The position numbers were made by a program, and so were the translations under genes. The notes below the pieces were generated by a model. That model was given only the letters and a program-made list of their open reading frames with translations, was not told where the DNA came from and did no database searches. A stretch of 64,000 nucleotides of DNA from Podarcis cretensis (lineage: Eukaryota): the NCBI GenBank assembly GCA_951804945.1, contig OX638151.1, forward strand, positions 87,048,001 to 87,112,000. The letters are read 5' to 3'. Below, in pieces: positions 12,711 to 22,959 of the stretch. Position 1 is the first letter of the stretch; each line of letters opens with the position of its first letter.

Positions 12711-13284
12711 GAGATAAAAGAGCACAACCAGTTACGGGCTATGCCCTGTATCCCCACGTCTGTGAGCGTGTTGGAGGTTGGTGGTTCGAATCCCTGCAAC
12801 GGGGTGAGCTCCCGTTGCTCGGTCCCTGCTCCTGCCAACCTAGCGGTTCGAAAGCACATCAAAGTAGATAAATAGGTACCGCTCCGGCGGGAAGGTAAAC
12901 GGCGTTTCCGTGCGCTGCTCTGGTTTGCCAGAAGCAGCTTAGTCATGCTGGCCACATGACCCGGAAGCTGTACGCCGGCTCCCTCGGCCAATAAAGCGAG
13001 ATGAACACCGCAACCCCAGAGTCGGCCACGACTGGACCTAATGGTCAGGGATCCCTTTACCTTTAAGATATAACATCTGAAGTTTTAAAATTTAAGTCTG
13101 TAGCAACATCTAACAATGATATATTTTCATGTGATCTTTAAAGTAATCACATATTTATTAATCTTTATTGTTTTGATATTTTGTTTAAGCTCTGACTAGA
13201 TCTAGACACATGAAAGAAGCGATTCAGTTAAACGTGCTGTAAAGTTCACACAGGGAAATCCCATTTGCGAAAAACGGGACTACA

Positions 13285-13301
13285 CAGCGCCATCTGGTGT
13301 C
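13285..13301 (-). promoter_or_regulatory. Candidate CTCF binding site
   Basis: The minus strand reads GACACCAGATGGCGCTG, close to the CTCF core CCACCAGRKGGCGC. It sits in unique sequence with locally retained CpGs. Confidence 0.6.
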
Positions 13302-14228
13302 ACAGCATTATAACGCACATAAAGTGCTTTATCTTAACGAATGTAGCTGAGTTTTAGGTCTCAGTTATGGGTCTCTCACACCGACACTATAGTAACCACG
13401 CTACTACAGAAAGAGGAGTAATTAAGGAATTGTTTATTTTTAAGGTATATGGTGGCAGCAGGAGTTTACTGGGAGGGTTAACTTAAAGATATATAAACTC
13501 CCTCCCCACACAGCAGTTCATCCGCACTGTACAGTCAAGGCACAATTTTAATGAGGTTCATAGAATCACAGAAGCTACTTTTAAGAGTGATGGCAGATAT
13601 ATGAATGGCTACTGGATTGTGGGTAAATGTTTTCCATAATTACTAAAGCACAGCATCTATTCCTGTATTTTTCACCAGCAGAGTTAGGAGGTGAGATTTA
13701 GATTAGGGAAAGGACTCCCTTGCCCAGTACCAATGAGGTGATCAAAACTGTTCCAACCTGTGCCTGTTTTAAAGTAAATAAAATAAAATGGATTTCCTGC
13801 ATCATGTCTGGTTTTAGTACTCTAAAGGAGGAGGAATCACTATTACAGTTTAAGTCTCAGGATGTACGCTCGTTAGGCCATTCACTTACATGCTCAGTGA
13901 TACAAAAATAGCTTTAATTAGTAGAGGTATAATTGTTCAAGCCAATCCCCTCTGTTGGAATGGTTAAGTCTTATCATTACTAAGGAGGATGACCTGAATT
14001 TTTCAGGTTCATTTAAAATGTAATATGTTAACAATGCTACTCCTATTATGGACATTGGAAAGGTAATTAAACACTAAAATGGCTACTAACGCAATTAAGC
14101 AGAAAATGCAGTTAGGCTATTACTAAACCTATTAGAGTTGCTGCACACACAGCCGTGCTCAGTAATAAATCACATCTGATTTTGGGAGGGAGAAGTACTG
14201 TGTAAGCAGCTGGCTTCTCACCGAAAAG

Positions 14229-14229
<1 letters not shown>

Positions 14230-14271
<42 letters not shown>
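14230..14271. repeat. (AT)n microsatellite
   Basis: Direct reading. Confidence 0.95.
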
Positions 14272-14275
<4 letters not shown>

Positions 14276-14479
14276 TGGAGACCATCTCAGTAATGACTGC
14301 TGCAAAGGACCAAGTGAATGGATGAAAGTCCCAGTCCGCCAAGATTGTGGTGACCAATTATAAGCACACTGTTATACATAAAAGCACAGCTACAGATAGG
14401 TAGCCGTGTTGGTCTGCCATAGTCAAAACAAAAAAATTCCTTCCAGTAGCACCTTAAAGACCAACTAAGTCAGTTCTTG

Positions 14480-14517
14480 GTATGAGCTTTCGTGTGCATG
14501 CACACTTCTTCAGATAC
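14480..14517 (-). ncRNA. Minimal type I hammerhead ribozyme motif (PLE pLTR)
   Basis: Exact mirror of 15409-15446. Confidence 0.8.
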
Positions 14518-14697
14518 ACTGAAACAGAAGTTTCCAGACCCTTCTATATAGTGAGAAGGTGGGGAGGGGTATTACTCAGAAGGGTGGTGGGAATGGGTGA
14601 TTGGCAGATAGCTGTGATGAGCCTGTTGACGACTCTTAACGACTGCAATAGGTCTTACAGGAAAAAGCAAGGGGTGAGAAGGTGAAAAATGGCTTTG

Positions 14698-15444
14698 TCA
14701 TGTATAATGAGATAAGAATCCAAGGTCTTTGTTCAGACCAGGACTCTCCATGGTTTTAAGTTTGGTGATAAGTTGCAATTCAGCAGCTTCTCTTTCCAGT
14801 CTATTTCTGAAATTCCTTTGTAGTAAAACAGCTACTTTGAGATCTTGTATAGAATGTCCTGGGAGATTGAAGTGTTCTCCTACTGGTTTCTCTGTCTTGT
14901 GATTCCTGATGTCAGATTTATGTCCGTTTATTCTTTGGCGTAAGGTCTGGCCTGTTTGTCCAATATAGAGAGCTGAAGGACACTGTTGGCATTTGATGGC
15001 ATACACAATGGCATACACAATGTTAGACGATGGCATACACAATGTACACGATGAGCAATTAAATAGTCCCGAGATGGTATGTGTGATGTTGTTGGGGCCA
15101 GTAATGGTGTTGTCCGGGTGTATGTGGCAGCAAAGTTGGCATCTGGGTTTATTGCAGGCTCTGGTGCCAGTGTCCGTGTTAGGTCTGGTTGTAGTATTAT
15201 TGTGGGTTAGGAGTTGTTTAAGATTGGGTGGCTGTCTGTAGGCAATGAAAGGCTGTCTGTAGGCAATGAAAGACCTATTGCAGTCGTTAAGAGTCGTCAA
15301 CAGGCTCATCACAGCTATCTGCCAATCACCCATTCCCACCACCCTTCTGAGTAATACCCCTCCCCACCTTCTCACTATATAGAAGGGTCTGGAAACTTCT
15401 GTTTCAGTGTATCTGAAGAAGTGTGCATGCACACGAAAGCTCAT
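14698..15444 (-). CDS. Open chimeric ORF (248 aa): antisense-pLTR-derived N-terminus fused to PLE Cys linker and GIY-YIG endonuclease. Expression unknown.
   Basis: IVYAIKCQQC...YIGQTGQTLRQRINGH...HF...H...REAAE...GLN. The catalytic Tyr, Arg, Glu and Asn positions are present and there are no stops. Confidence 0.55.
   Translation of the reverse strand: MSFRVHAHFFRYTETEVSRPFYIVRRWGGVLLRRVVGMGDWQIAVMSLLTTLNDCNRSFIAYRQPFIAYRQPPNLKQLLTHNNTTTRPNTDTGTRACNKPRCQLCCHIHPDNTITGPNNITHTISGLFNCSSCTLCMPSSNIVYAIVYAIKCQQCPSALYIGQTGQTLRQRINGHKSDIRNHKTEKPVGEHFNLPGHSIQDLKVAVLLQRNFRNRLEREAAELQLITKLKTMESPGLNKDLGFLSHYT
15322..15385 (+). promoter_or_regulatory. pLTR promoter-like module: CCAAT, CACCC-like boxes, TATA (mirror on minus at 14541-14604)
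   Basis: CCAAT at 15322-15326 and TATATAGAAG at 15376-15385, about 30 nt upstream of the hammerhead. Spacing is canonical. Confidence 0.5.
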
Positions 15445-15446
15445 AC
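15409..15446 (+). ncRNA. Minimal type I hammerhead ribozyme motif (PLE pLTR)
   Basis: Stem I GUAU/AUAC, core CUGAAGA(A), stem II GUGUG-CAUG-CACAC, GAAA, palindromic stem III AGCU. Predicted cleavage after C15442. Confidence 0.8.
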
Positions 15447-15691
15447 CAAGAACTGACTTAGTTGGTCTTTAAGGTGCTACTGGAAGGAATTTTTTTGTTT
15501 TGATAAAAGCACAGCATTAGAAATAAAGCAGTAAAAAGCAGCAGATAAAAAAACAACACAATAGAAGCCAAAAAGAGAGAACACTCAGTGGGACACAGTC
15601 ATTTTCATTGCCCATGAAGAAGGCCAAGCACACCTTTCTAGGCAAACACTTCAAAAATCTGAGCACCAGAATTGTGAGCACCGACTGTACC

Positions 15692-15760
15692 CCAGGTGAT
15701 ATGGAAGAGGGCCTCTGGAAGAGGGCCTCTTCCAGGTGATATGGAAGAGGGCCTCTGGAA
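15692..15760. repeat. 29-bp direct duplication with templated 11-bp spacer
   Basis: CCAGGTGATATGGAAGAGGGCCTCTGGAA at 15692-15720 and 15732-15760, spacer GAGGGCCTCTT. Confidence 0.85.
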
Positions 15761-15784
15761 CAGAGCTGAGTTATTGGACAAGTC

Positions 15785-15918
15785 CATAGATCACAGAATT
15801 GCAGAGTTGGAAGCAACCTTGAGGATCATCTAGTCCAACTTCCATATGGAGCCATCAGGGATTGAACCTGCAACCTTGGTGTTCTTAGCACTACTCTCTA
15901 ACCAACTGAACCATATGG
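15785..15918 (-). mobile_element. Short SINE-like element: tRNA-like head plus CR1-type 3' end
   Basis: Reverse box B GGGATTGAACC and CR1 tail CATAGATCACAGAATTGCAGAGTTGGAAG. Confidence 0.55.
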
Positions 15919-18900
15919 GACAAGGTGATTCCAATGGTACTTTGGCCCCAGGCTGTTCAGGGCCTTATAATTCTAAGCGGGCACCTTGAAGTGAGCCCAG
16001 AATAATTTTTTTGCAGTGGAGTTGGTAAAATACTGGAGTATTATGTCCCATTCTCCCACTTCCCTGCCGGAACATTATGGACCTATTAAAGTTTCCAGAC
16101 TGTCTTCAAGAGCAAACCCACAAAGCTGGACATCTCTAGTAAGAAAAACAGTATATTAAGTTTGATGTTGCAAAGTAATGGGAAGGAATTTAACATCACA
16201 CAAAGGCATTTGTTCCATCAAAGCAAGCATTTTGGCTTGCCAGATGGAAGAGTCTCCCTGCTGTGTGTTCCAGGGGGGTCTTCCCTGCACAGCCAATTGT
16301 GGGGGGCATGGGGAAAGAAAGGGGGGAAAGCCCAGTTGCACAAGCAGAAGTCCTTGCACAGCGCTTCAGCTGATGGGACTCATAGGTTGAATCCCACCCA
16401 TGGTGCGCTTTTTAAAAATGGCAATGAGAATGACAGAGGATACATTTCTTGTCAAAAGCAGCAGCTACTATAGTTTAAAAACATAATTTCAGAGATTCAA
16501 AACAATGTGCTTATTTAGTTTTTAAAACTGCATTTTTTAAAAACAACAACCCAATGATCTTTTTGTTACATTTCCCCTGTTGAAACTTCACACACACACA
16601 ATTTCCACTATAATTTTGTGTCTTAATTAAGCTATATTTCTTACTGAAATGTCCCAATCAAAACTTAAATCCATAATCAACCTTTATTTTATGTGTGAAG
16701 ACCTGACGTACAATTTTCAAACTGCTTCTTATAAAATTATCCTTACATCTTCAGAAGGGTAACTCTTGAGCAAATGTCTTGAGATTCTATTGCAGGTAAC
16801 AGGAGAACTGCACTCTTTACCCACTGAACCTAACAGGTGCAATTTGTTTTTGAGTATAAATAAAGTTGTGGCCAAAATTATGCCAAAAACCTTAAACAAA
16901 AATTCCGTGTGAGGGGTGGCTTGGGGACCTCGACACACAACTTGTTGCAGCAAACCTCACTCTTTGAGAACGTGTGCAGCTGGATTTACATAATACATAA
17001 TTTGGGCTCCATATTCCGACACCAACATGTGCAAGCCTCAGGAATATGAGTTTCCCATACTGTATGCTTAAATTAAAACTATGTTCCCATTTGCACCTTG
17101 AAACGCAGTGAGGTCATTTCCCCCCACTGCATTCCCAAGCCACTTTCTTCTGCCACTGTTCACAAAAGAGGGGGATGCGGGCTGGTGACTTCTTTCCGCA
17201 CACCAAGTGAAGGTTTCATCGGCACATGCGACATCACACAAAAGCCACAGTCGTATCACACCACAATGGAACCGTGGCTTCCATTTCTGAATCAGATGGA
17301 AGCTGGTTTGAGGAAAGGCACCTCTAAGAGGAGTATTTCTCTAAAAGCTACAGGTACACATATGGATTGTGGCTAATGTCATGTGAACCTGGCTTTTAAA
17401 AAGCCAGTGGTGGGAGCACACTGGCACTGTAGTAAACAGCAATGTGAATGCTAGCACCAGAGGCCTCAGGTGGGAAGGGCCATAGCTTAGTCGTAGTTGT
17501 AAAACGTCATTTCAGCCTATAAGAGCTCAGGCTCAGTGATTGGCATTTCCAGTTAAAGGATCTCAGACAGAAGGGTGGTGTGAAAGTCTTCTTCCTGGCA
17601 CTTCTGGCATTGCTAGTCAAGGTGCTAGGGTTAGATGCTCCAAACAGTATGAGCTGGCATAAGGCAGCTACAAGTGTGCTCATTCGGATAGTATTCTGCA
17701 CTTGTGGCATGGCGGAAGTTATCATATCACCTGAAAGAGCCACATAGCTGCAGCTTGTATTGTATGACTGCCGTAAAATGGGGCCTTGGTTTTTGGCAGC
17801 ATCCATAGCCTGAATCTTTCCAAATAACTGAAACAGTTAAGGAGTCAAGGCCAGCCCACATTTGACAGTGCTGTGTCTCTTGGTCACTCCCCAGTATAAT
17901 AAAGAGATGGGGTGAAAGAGATGTTTGTGCAAAGTTATTAAAACATTTTGAATTAGGAGAAAATACTATTTGGTAGGTTCTGTAAACAGAATGAATCTCA
18001 GAGTTATGCAAAAGCAGTTTCACAGTAAGTAGCATTATAGGTTCTAAAATTAAATGCAAATACAACGTATTCCGGGCTGGGGAGAGAATGCAAAGTTAGA
18101 GGAGTTATTCTTCTTTTTTAAAAAAATAAATGGGGCAGAACATGTTTAGAGCCTGCTTTAATGATCTCCTGATTTTTCTAAGACAGCTAAGTCTTGGCCT
18201 CTGTGGTGTGCCAGCTAATTTCATTACTGGAAATGGTAATTACTACATGCTGTTAGTATGAGTGCAGGAACATTAAATGTCTTTTCTTCAGTTATTTATA
18301 AATATAAGGTGTTTATTTTCCCCTAGAAATCATTATCATTACTCCTTCTCCACTAGTCCGATAATGCCTATTGTTGAAATATCTAAATCTGCTTTGAGAG
18401 CCCTTTTGGCTAAAGGTATGAATGCCTTATTTAAGGAATAAATGTCTTAAATAAATGAAAATGGTTTATTTGAAACTGAAATCTGACACACAAGGCAGAC
18501 TCGATAAACACTATTTGTTTTGTGTTTTGTTTGTTTAGAGAGTGGGAACAAAGCCAGCAGAATTATACTTACAACACTGAATGGTGTTTTACTCTACAGA
18601 CATATCATTTATTATCTGATGTACTTAGAAATTCCTCCTATATGTTCTTTCCCCTACAGTCCTTTAGATCCACTGAAGATTATCAGTTAAATCCTCAGTT
18701 GTAAGATGATCTTATCTTGCACATCCTGACAGAGGACTACAAAGACTGATTCTATCAGCCCCCTCTCTTTAAAAATACCAGACCGTGAAGAGCTTGGATG
18801 GTTTCTCTACCCCCACCCCAATATAAGGTAAAAGAATTATTTTGAAGGTTGCATTGGAATCAGCAGCAGAAAAACATTTTGCATTTAAGTTGTATAGAGC

Positions 18901-19290
18901 ATAATTTGTATGCAGTACAATTCATGCCCAAATCAAATTACCAACAGAAAAGGGCTAATAATCCTATATGCAACCTATATCCATTCATGGATAGTTTGCC
19001 ACTGATTTCAATATATTTGGCAACTTCTAATTTGTTCTATTACATAACCGTAATATTCCGTATTTGTTTGCTTCCTCCTTAAATCTGACGACTAACGGTG
19101 ACTAAAGGGCTGGTGATTATTACTAGAATATGAACTGAATGAAGGACAGCATACAAATGTTTTAAATAAAATACACATGTACCAACTGACACAGAAGGTA
19201 TATCCAATCCCACCTTCCTGTGCAACTGACAGAATGCTGCCTAAGGACTCAGCTACACAGCTAAAAATAAAACGTTTTAAATGTGTTGTA

Positions 19291-19485
19291 AAGTGGCACC
19301 TCTGGTTATGAACTTAATTTGTTCCGGAGGTTCATTCTTAAGCTGAAACCATTCTTATCCTGAGGCGCACTTTCACTAATGGGGCCTCCTGTTCGCATCC
19401 TGGGGCAAAGTTCACAACCAGGAGCAGCTACTTCCAGGTTAGCGTAGCTCGTAACCAGAAGCGTTTGTAACCAGAGGTACCACTG
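19291..19485. mobile_element. Tigger-like MITE
   Basis: TA flanks and TIRs (A)AGTGGCACCTCTGGTTA / TAACCAGAGGTACCACTG. Confidence 0.8.
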
Positions 19486-19599
19486 TACAAATATGACACT
19501 AGATGGCTATGCAAAATTAAATTATTTTTCAAAACATTTTTTTTTAAAAAAGGATTTTCACCGTGTCTTTTTATATGTGTGTAGATTCCACCTAACTAC

Positions 19600-19790
19600 A
19601 TCAGGGATGGAAAAACATTGGCCCTCCAGATATTGTTGTACTACTACTATTTCTTTATTAAATTTGTATACCACCCTATAACCATAGATCTCAGGGCGGA
19701 CTACAACTCCCATCATCCCAACTATTGCCTATTGCTGGCAGGGACTGATGGGGACTGGAGTAAACAACATGTGGAGAGAGTCACAGGTAC
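19600..19790. mobile_element. Decayed hAT MITE of the 7829 family (other relics near 34420-34585, 37915-38010, 41470-41590)
   Basis: GGCCCTCCAGAT...GGACTACAACTCCCATCATCCC...TGATGGGGACTG palindromic core. Confidence 0.6.
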
Positions 19791-22719
19791 AAACTAGGCA
19801 TGGTGCGAGGGATCTATGATAAGGATATCTTGTTAAATTTCATTTCATTTTAGTAAGTACTGCTTTGAAGATTGAGGAAATGGTGTCAGGGGAGGTGTTT
19901 GCACCTCTGCGGTGGGGGTGGGAGTAAACGCAGGTATAGTATCTGCAAGTTTCCCACATGAAGATAAAAGCAGCACAGGAATGATTTACGCTGGGGAAGC
20001 AGTACAGGGGAAATGGTAAGGGTTAAATTGCCACAGAGGGTCTTCTAATTATCTATAGAAAGGAAAATGCATGAGATTTTCACTAGCAGTTAGTGCCTAT
20101 GCCGGCACTGCTTCTCCAACAGAAGTGGAGGTGGCGGGGCACCCATTGGGGTGGCACCTCAGGGGCTTCTGCCTGAGGCAACTGCTTTACTTTGCTTCAC
20201 AGGTGGGCCAGTGCTGACAGTAGCCATGACCAAAGAAGCAGAAATGAAACCTATAAAATCAAGAAACCATATGCAAGCAAATGTAAACATGAGCTGTCTA
20301 AGTGCAATTGAGCTAACACAATATGTAATTAATAATCCTGAAAACTGAGTATTAGCAGTGGGATACTGAGAAATTGAAAATAGCCCTTCCGTGAAGGGAG
20401 AGAATAGCTCTTCTATTAAGTTTTCCTCCCCCCCCCCAGCATCTTTCTGAGCCCCTACAAAATCTTTTTCATTTCATTGTCTAAATGAAGGCCATGCCTT
20501 TTACGATTAGTAGTTTAATACAGGAAGAGATGTTAATCTTCGGCTGATTCTATTAATGTAATTTATGTAGCGGTTTTCTAATAATGTGATGTTAAGCAGA
20601 GCACACCAAACGTATTTATGTCTTTTCTAAGGATTTCCTTTGTGTTGAAAATGCAGAAGTATCTTGCACCCACAATCCATATTCATTCTCTCTCTCTCTC
20701 TGTGTATGTGACACACTGTTCTTTTTGTCTTCTATTATAAGTAATTTAAAATTTGCCAGATTGCCTACAGTTGGATGTCCAAAACTCCCACTAATTTCAG
20801 TGGGAGTTGTAATAACATTTCTTAGGGCTAGAATTTGACCTCATTATGGACAGAGATTTGGACGATTACAGCACAATTCAAGCCAAATCCATCACTTAAA
20901 TTTCTATCAACTCAACTTTTTGAAAATACAGATAAGAAGTGGGGTTGCAAACTTTAATGCATTAATCAGTGTAATTAATCAACTACAAGCTTTAATTTTA
21001 GCTCAAAATTGCTACTCCCACATCATGTTTGAGCTCCGTTCCCTGTACATCAAACTCGGTCAAACAGAAGACTTTTTTTTCCTTTTAGTTTTATCCAAAG
21101 CTAGGAGACATTTCCCCCTACCAAATGTGAAAACTACAGTGGGTCAACAAATCAATAGGAAGTACTGTAAATAGTATGTATATGATAATACAAAAACATT
21201 TTGAATATTCAGTCTCCAATCATATAAACACTTACTCTTAAGTTCCACTGAACCATGAGGCATGTCTGAATTCAGTTCTTCAGATGTCCAGTTGAAAAAG
21301 AATCTTAGGTACGACAGTTAGGAAAGGCTCCTATAATACCCTTGACAGCTACGGTCATCAGTCATAGTAGACTAGGCTACTTGAGCCAATGATCCAACTC
21401 AGTATAAGACAGTTACATATATAATCAGCACTCATTTAAGAACTAACATCATGAGACAACAAGCTCTGAATCTTGATTATACAATCAACTCCATTGTTTA
21501 CATACATGAACTAAGGACTGATTTCACACGGTATTATAATTGCACATGGTAATATGTTTGCATATTAGGTGATAGAGGCCCGATCGGTTCATTTTTGGAC
21601 AATTCATTAAATTACTCATGCAAATCTGCCCAAATTAAACTTAGAAAAATCCCCTCCTTCACTGGCTCTTAGCAAAGGAATAATTCGCAAAGCAAGCAAG
21701 CAGAGCATTTCATTCACAGCGAGAATAAAAATGCCTCTTGAATCAGTATTAATCTTGTCTCTAAAGCGCTTCCCTACAGGGTGATTTTAAATAATGTCAA
21801 CAGAAGCCTCTTACCTAATGCCATCTGAGTTCATAAGGGAATTGTTAAAGACAAGAAGTGAATACTGTAGATGAAAAGTTTTTCTTCCTCACTCTAATAT
21901 TTCTCCATTCCACAGTTGCCATGACAATCACAAGAGAAAGGGAATTCTGTGTTTACATTCCATTCTAACGAAACTTTTTCCAGAGAAGGAGCAGCTTTCA
22001 GTCCTTCATAATAATAAACTTTGCCTTTTATTTTCAAAATTGTACTCCTGCCCTATTATTAGGTTCTTTCTTGCTTGAACTGCAAATAAATTCCACATCT
22101 ACTATATAGGAATATTGCCCTGGGGAACTTGTCTCACCTGTTTTAAATTGGAAAACTATATTTCAGCATTCCAAATACATGTATTTACTTCCTTGACTTT
22201 TGGGGTGCATTTCCCAAATTTTGCAAAGTAGTAGGTATGGTACAGAATCCAACTTGTTTCAAAACAGAGACGAGGCAAGTACAAATGATTCTTGATGCTG
22301 ACAACCCTGGAGCGTCATTATTAGAGTGTTACCAAAAGCAATTACATTGTTGCTAGGTTGAAAAGATAATTGATAGCATGACTAATAGAGTAACAGGTGA
22401 TCCAATGCTAAAAACCAAAAAAGGCAAAAGCAAAATTATCTCTTCCTCTAGATCTAGCAGAAACAATCTGTAATAATGTCCCAAATTACTGTCATGTATT
22501 ATTCACACATACACTTTCATTCTGGTCTTTTCTCTTTAACTATTAAACAAAGAAACCAATTTCCCAGTATCCCGATTGAATCTATTTTCAGCAATGAACC
22601 ATCACCATAAAAAATAGAAAATGAAACTGTACTAAAGCATATAAAATAGGAAGTAGTCTGTCCCTTCTAGTTATTTTTTAAAAATGCTGATTTGATGGCC
22701 ATTTTCAGGTTCAACTCAA

Positions 22720-22920
22720 AGCCACAACAAAGAGTCTTAAAGGCAAGCAAATTTATGATGGCATAATTTTTTTTGTAGATCAGACTACACTTTATCAGAT
22801 ATATCTAACGAAGTGGACTCTGTCCATGCAACTTATCCCATAATAAATTTGTTCATCGTTCTCAACATGAACAGGAGTCTAGTGGCCCCTTAATGACCAA
22901 CATGGTTATCTCTCTTGAAA
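22720..22920. mobile_element. Palindromic Penelope-like relic with two head-to-head degenerate hammerheads
   Basis: Minus-strand CTGATAAAGTGTAG..CTAC and plus-strand CTAACGAAGTGGAC-TCT-GTCCATGCAACTTA, joined at the palindrome AGATATATCT (22797-22806). Confidence 0.7.
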
Positions 22921-22959
22921 CTCAAAGCCAGTGCACATATTTGCTGAGGCTGCTATTGG

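Larger units (their letters stand above)
11017..12774 (-). mobile_element. 5'-truncated L2 LINE, itself interrupted at 12276-12710
   Basis: RT motifs GVPQGAILSP and YADDTQLY, L2 C-terminal LDYCNSL...LQRVQNAAARL...LHWLPV, and an (AAT)n tail at 11017-11055. The distal piece 12711-12774 (GIQGIARNWLCSFIS) continues the frame into GRGQRVALG. Confidence 0.95.
10961..13063 (+). mobile_element. Sauria SINE (older subfamily) split by L2 insertions: parts 10961-11016 and 12775-13063
   Basis: The halves rejoin as ...GCCGATCAGA|AGGTTGGTGGTTCGAATCCC. TSD TAAGATATAACA at 10948-10959 and 13064-13075. Confidence 0.93.
14391..15502 (-). mobile_element. Penelope-like retroelement (Neptune-type), 5'-truncated, with inverted pseudo-LTRs
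   Basis: GIY-YIG domain preceded by the Cys-rich linker CNKPRCQLC. Inverted repeats at 14424-14656 and 15270-15502. A 33-nt tail (14391-14423) is present on only one repeat. 13-bp TSD ATAAAAGCACAGC at 14378-14390 and 15503-15515. Confidence 0.95.

Noticed and set aside
14482-14685. 67-aa ORF sharing its N-terminus with the 248-aa ORF
   Set aside because: It is a consequence of the inverted repeat (antisense pLTR), not a separate gene.
21815-21864. Possible 50-nt minus-strand exon (TTTTCATCTACAG| ... AG|GTAAGA, YSLLVFNNSLMNSDGI)
   Set aside because: The splice signals are plausible, but the peptide is unrecognised and there is no compatible partner exon. It needs RNA-seq.
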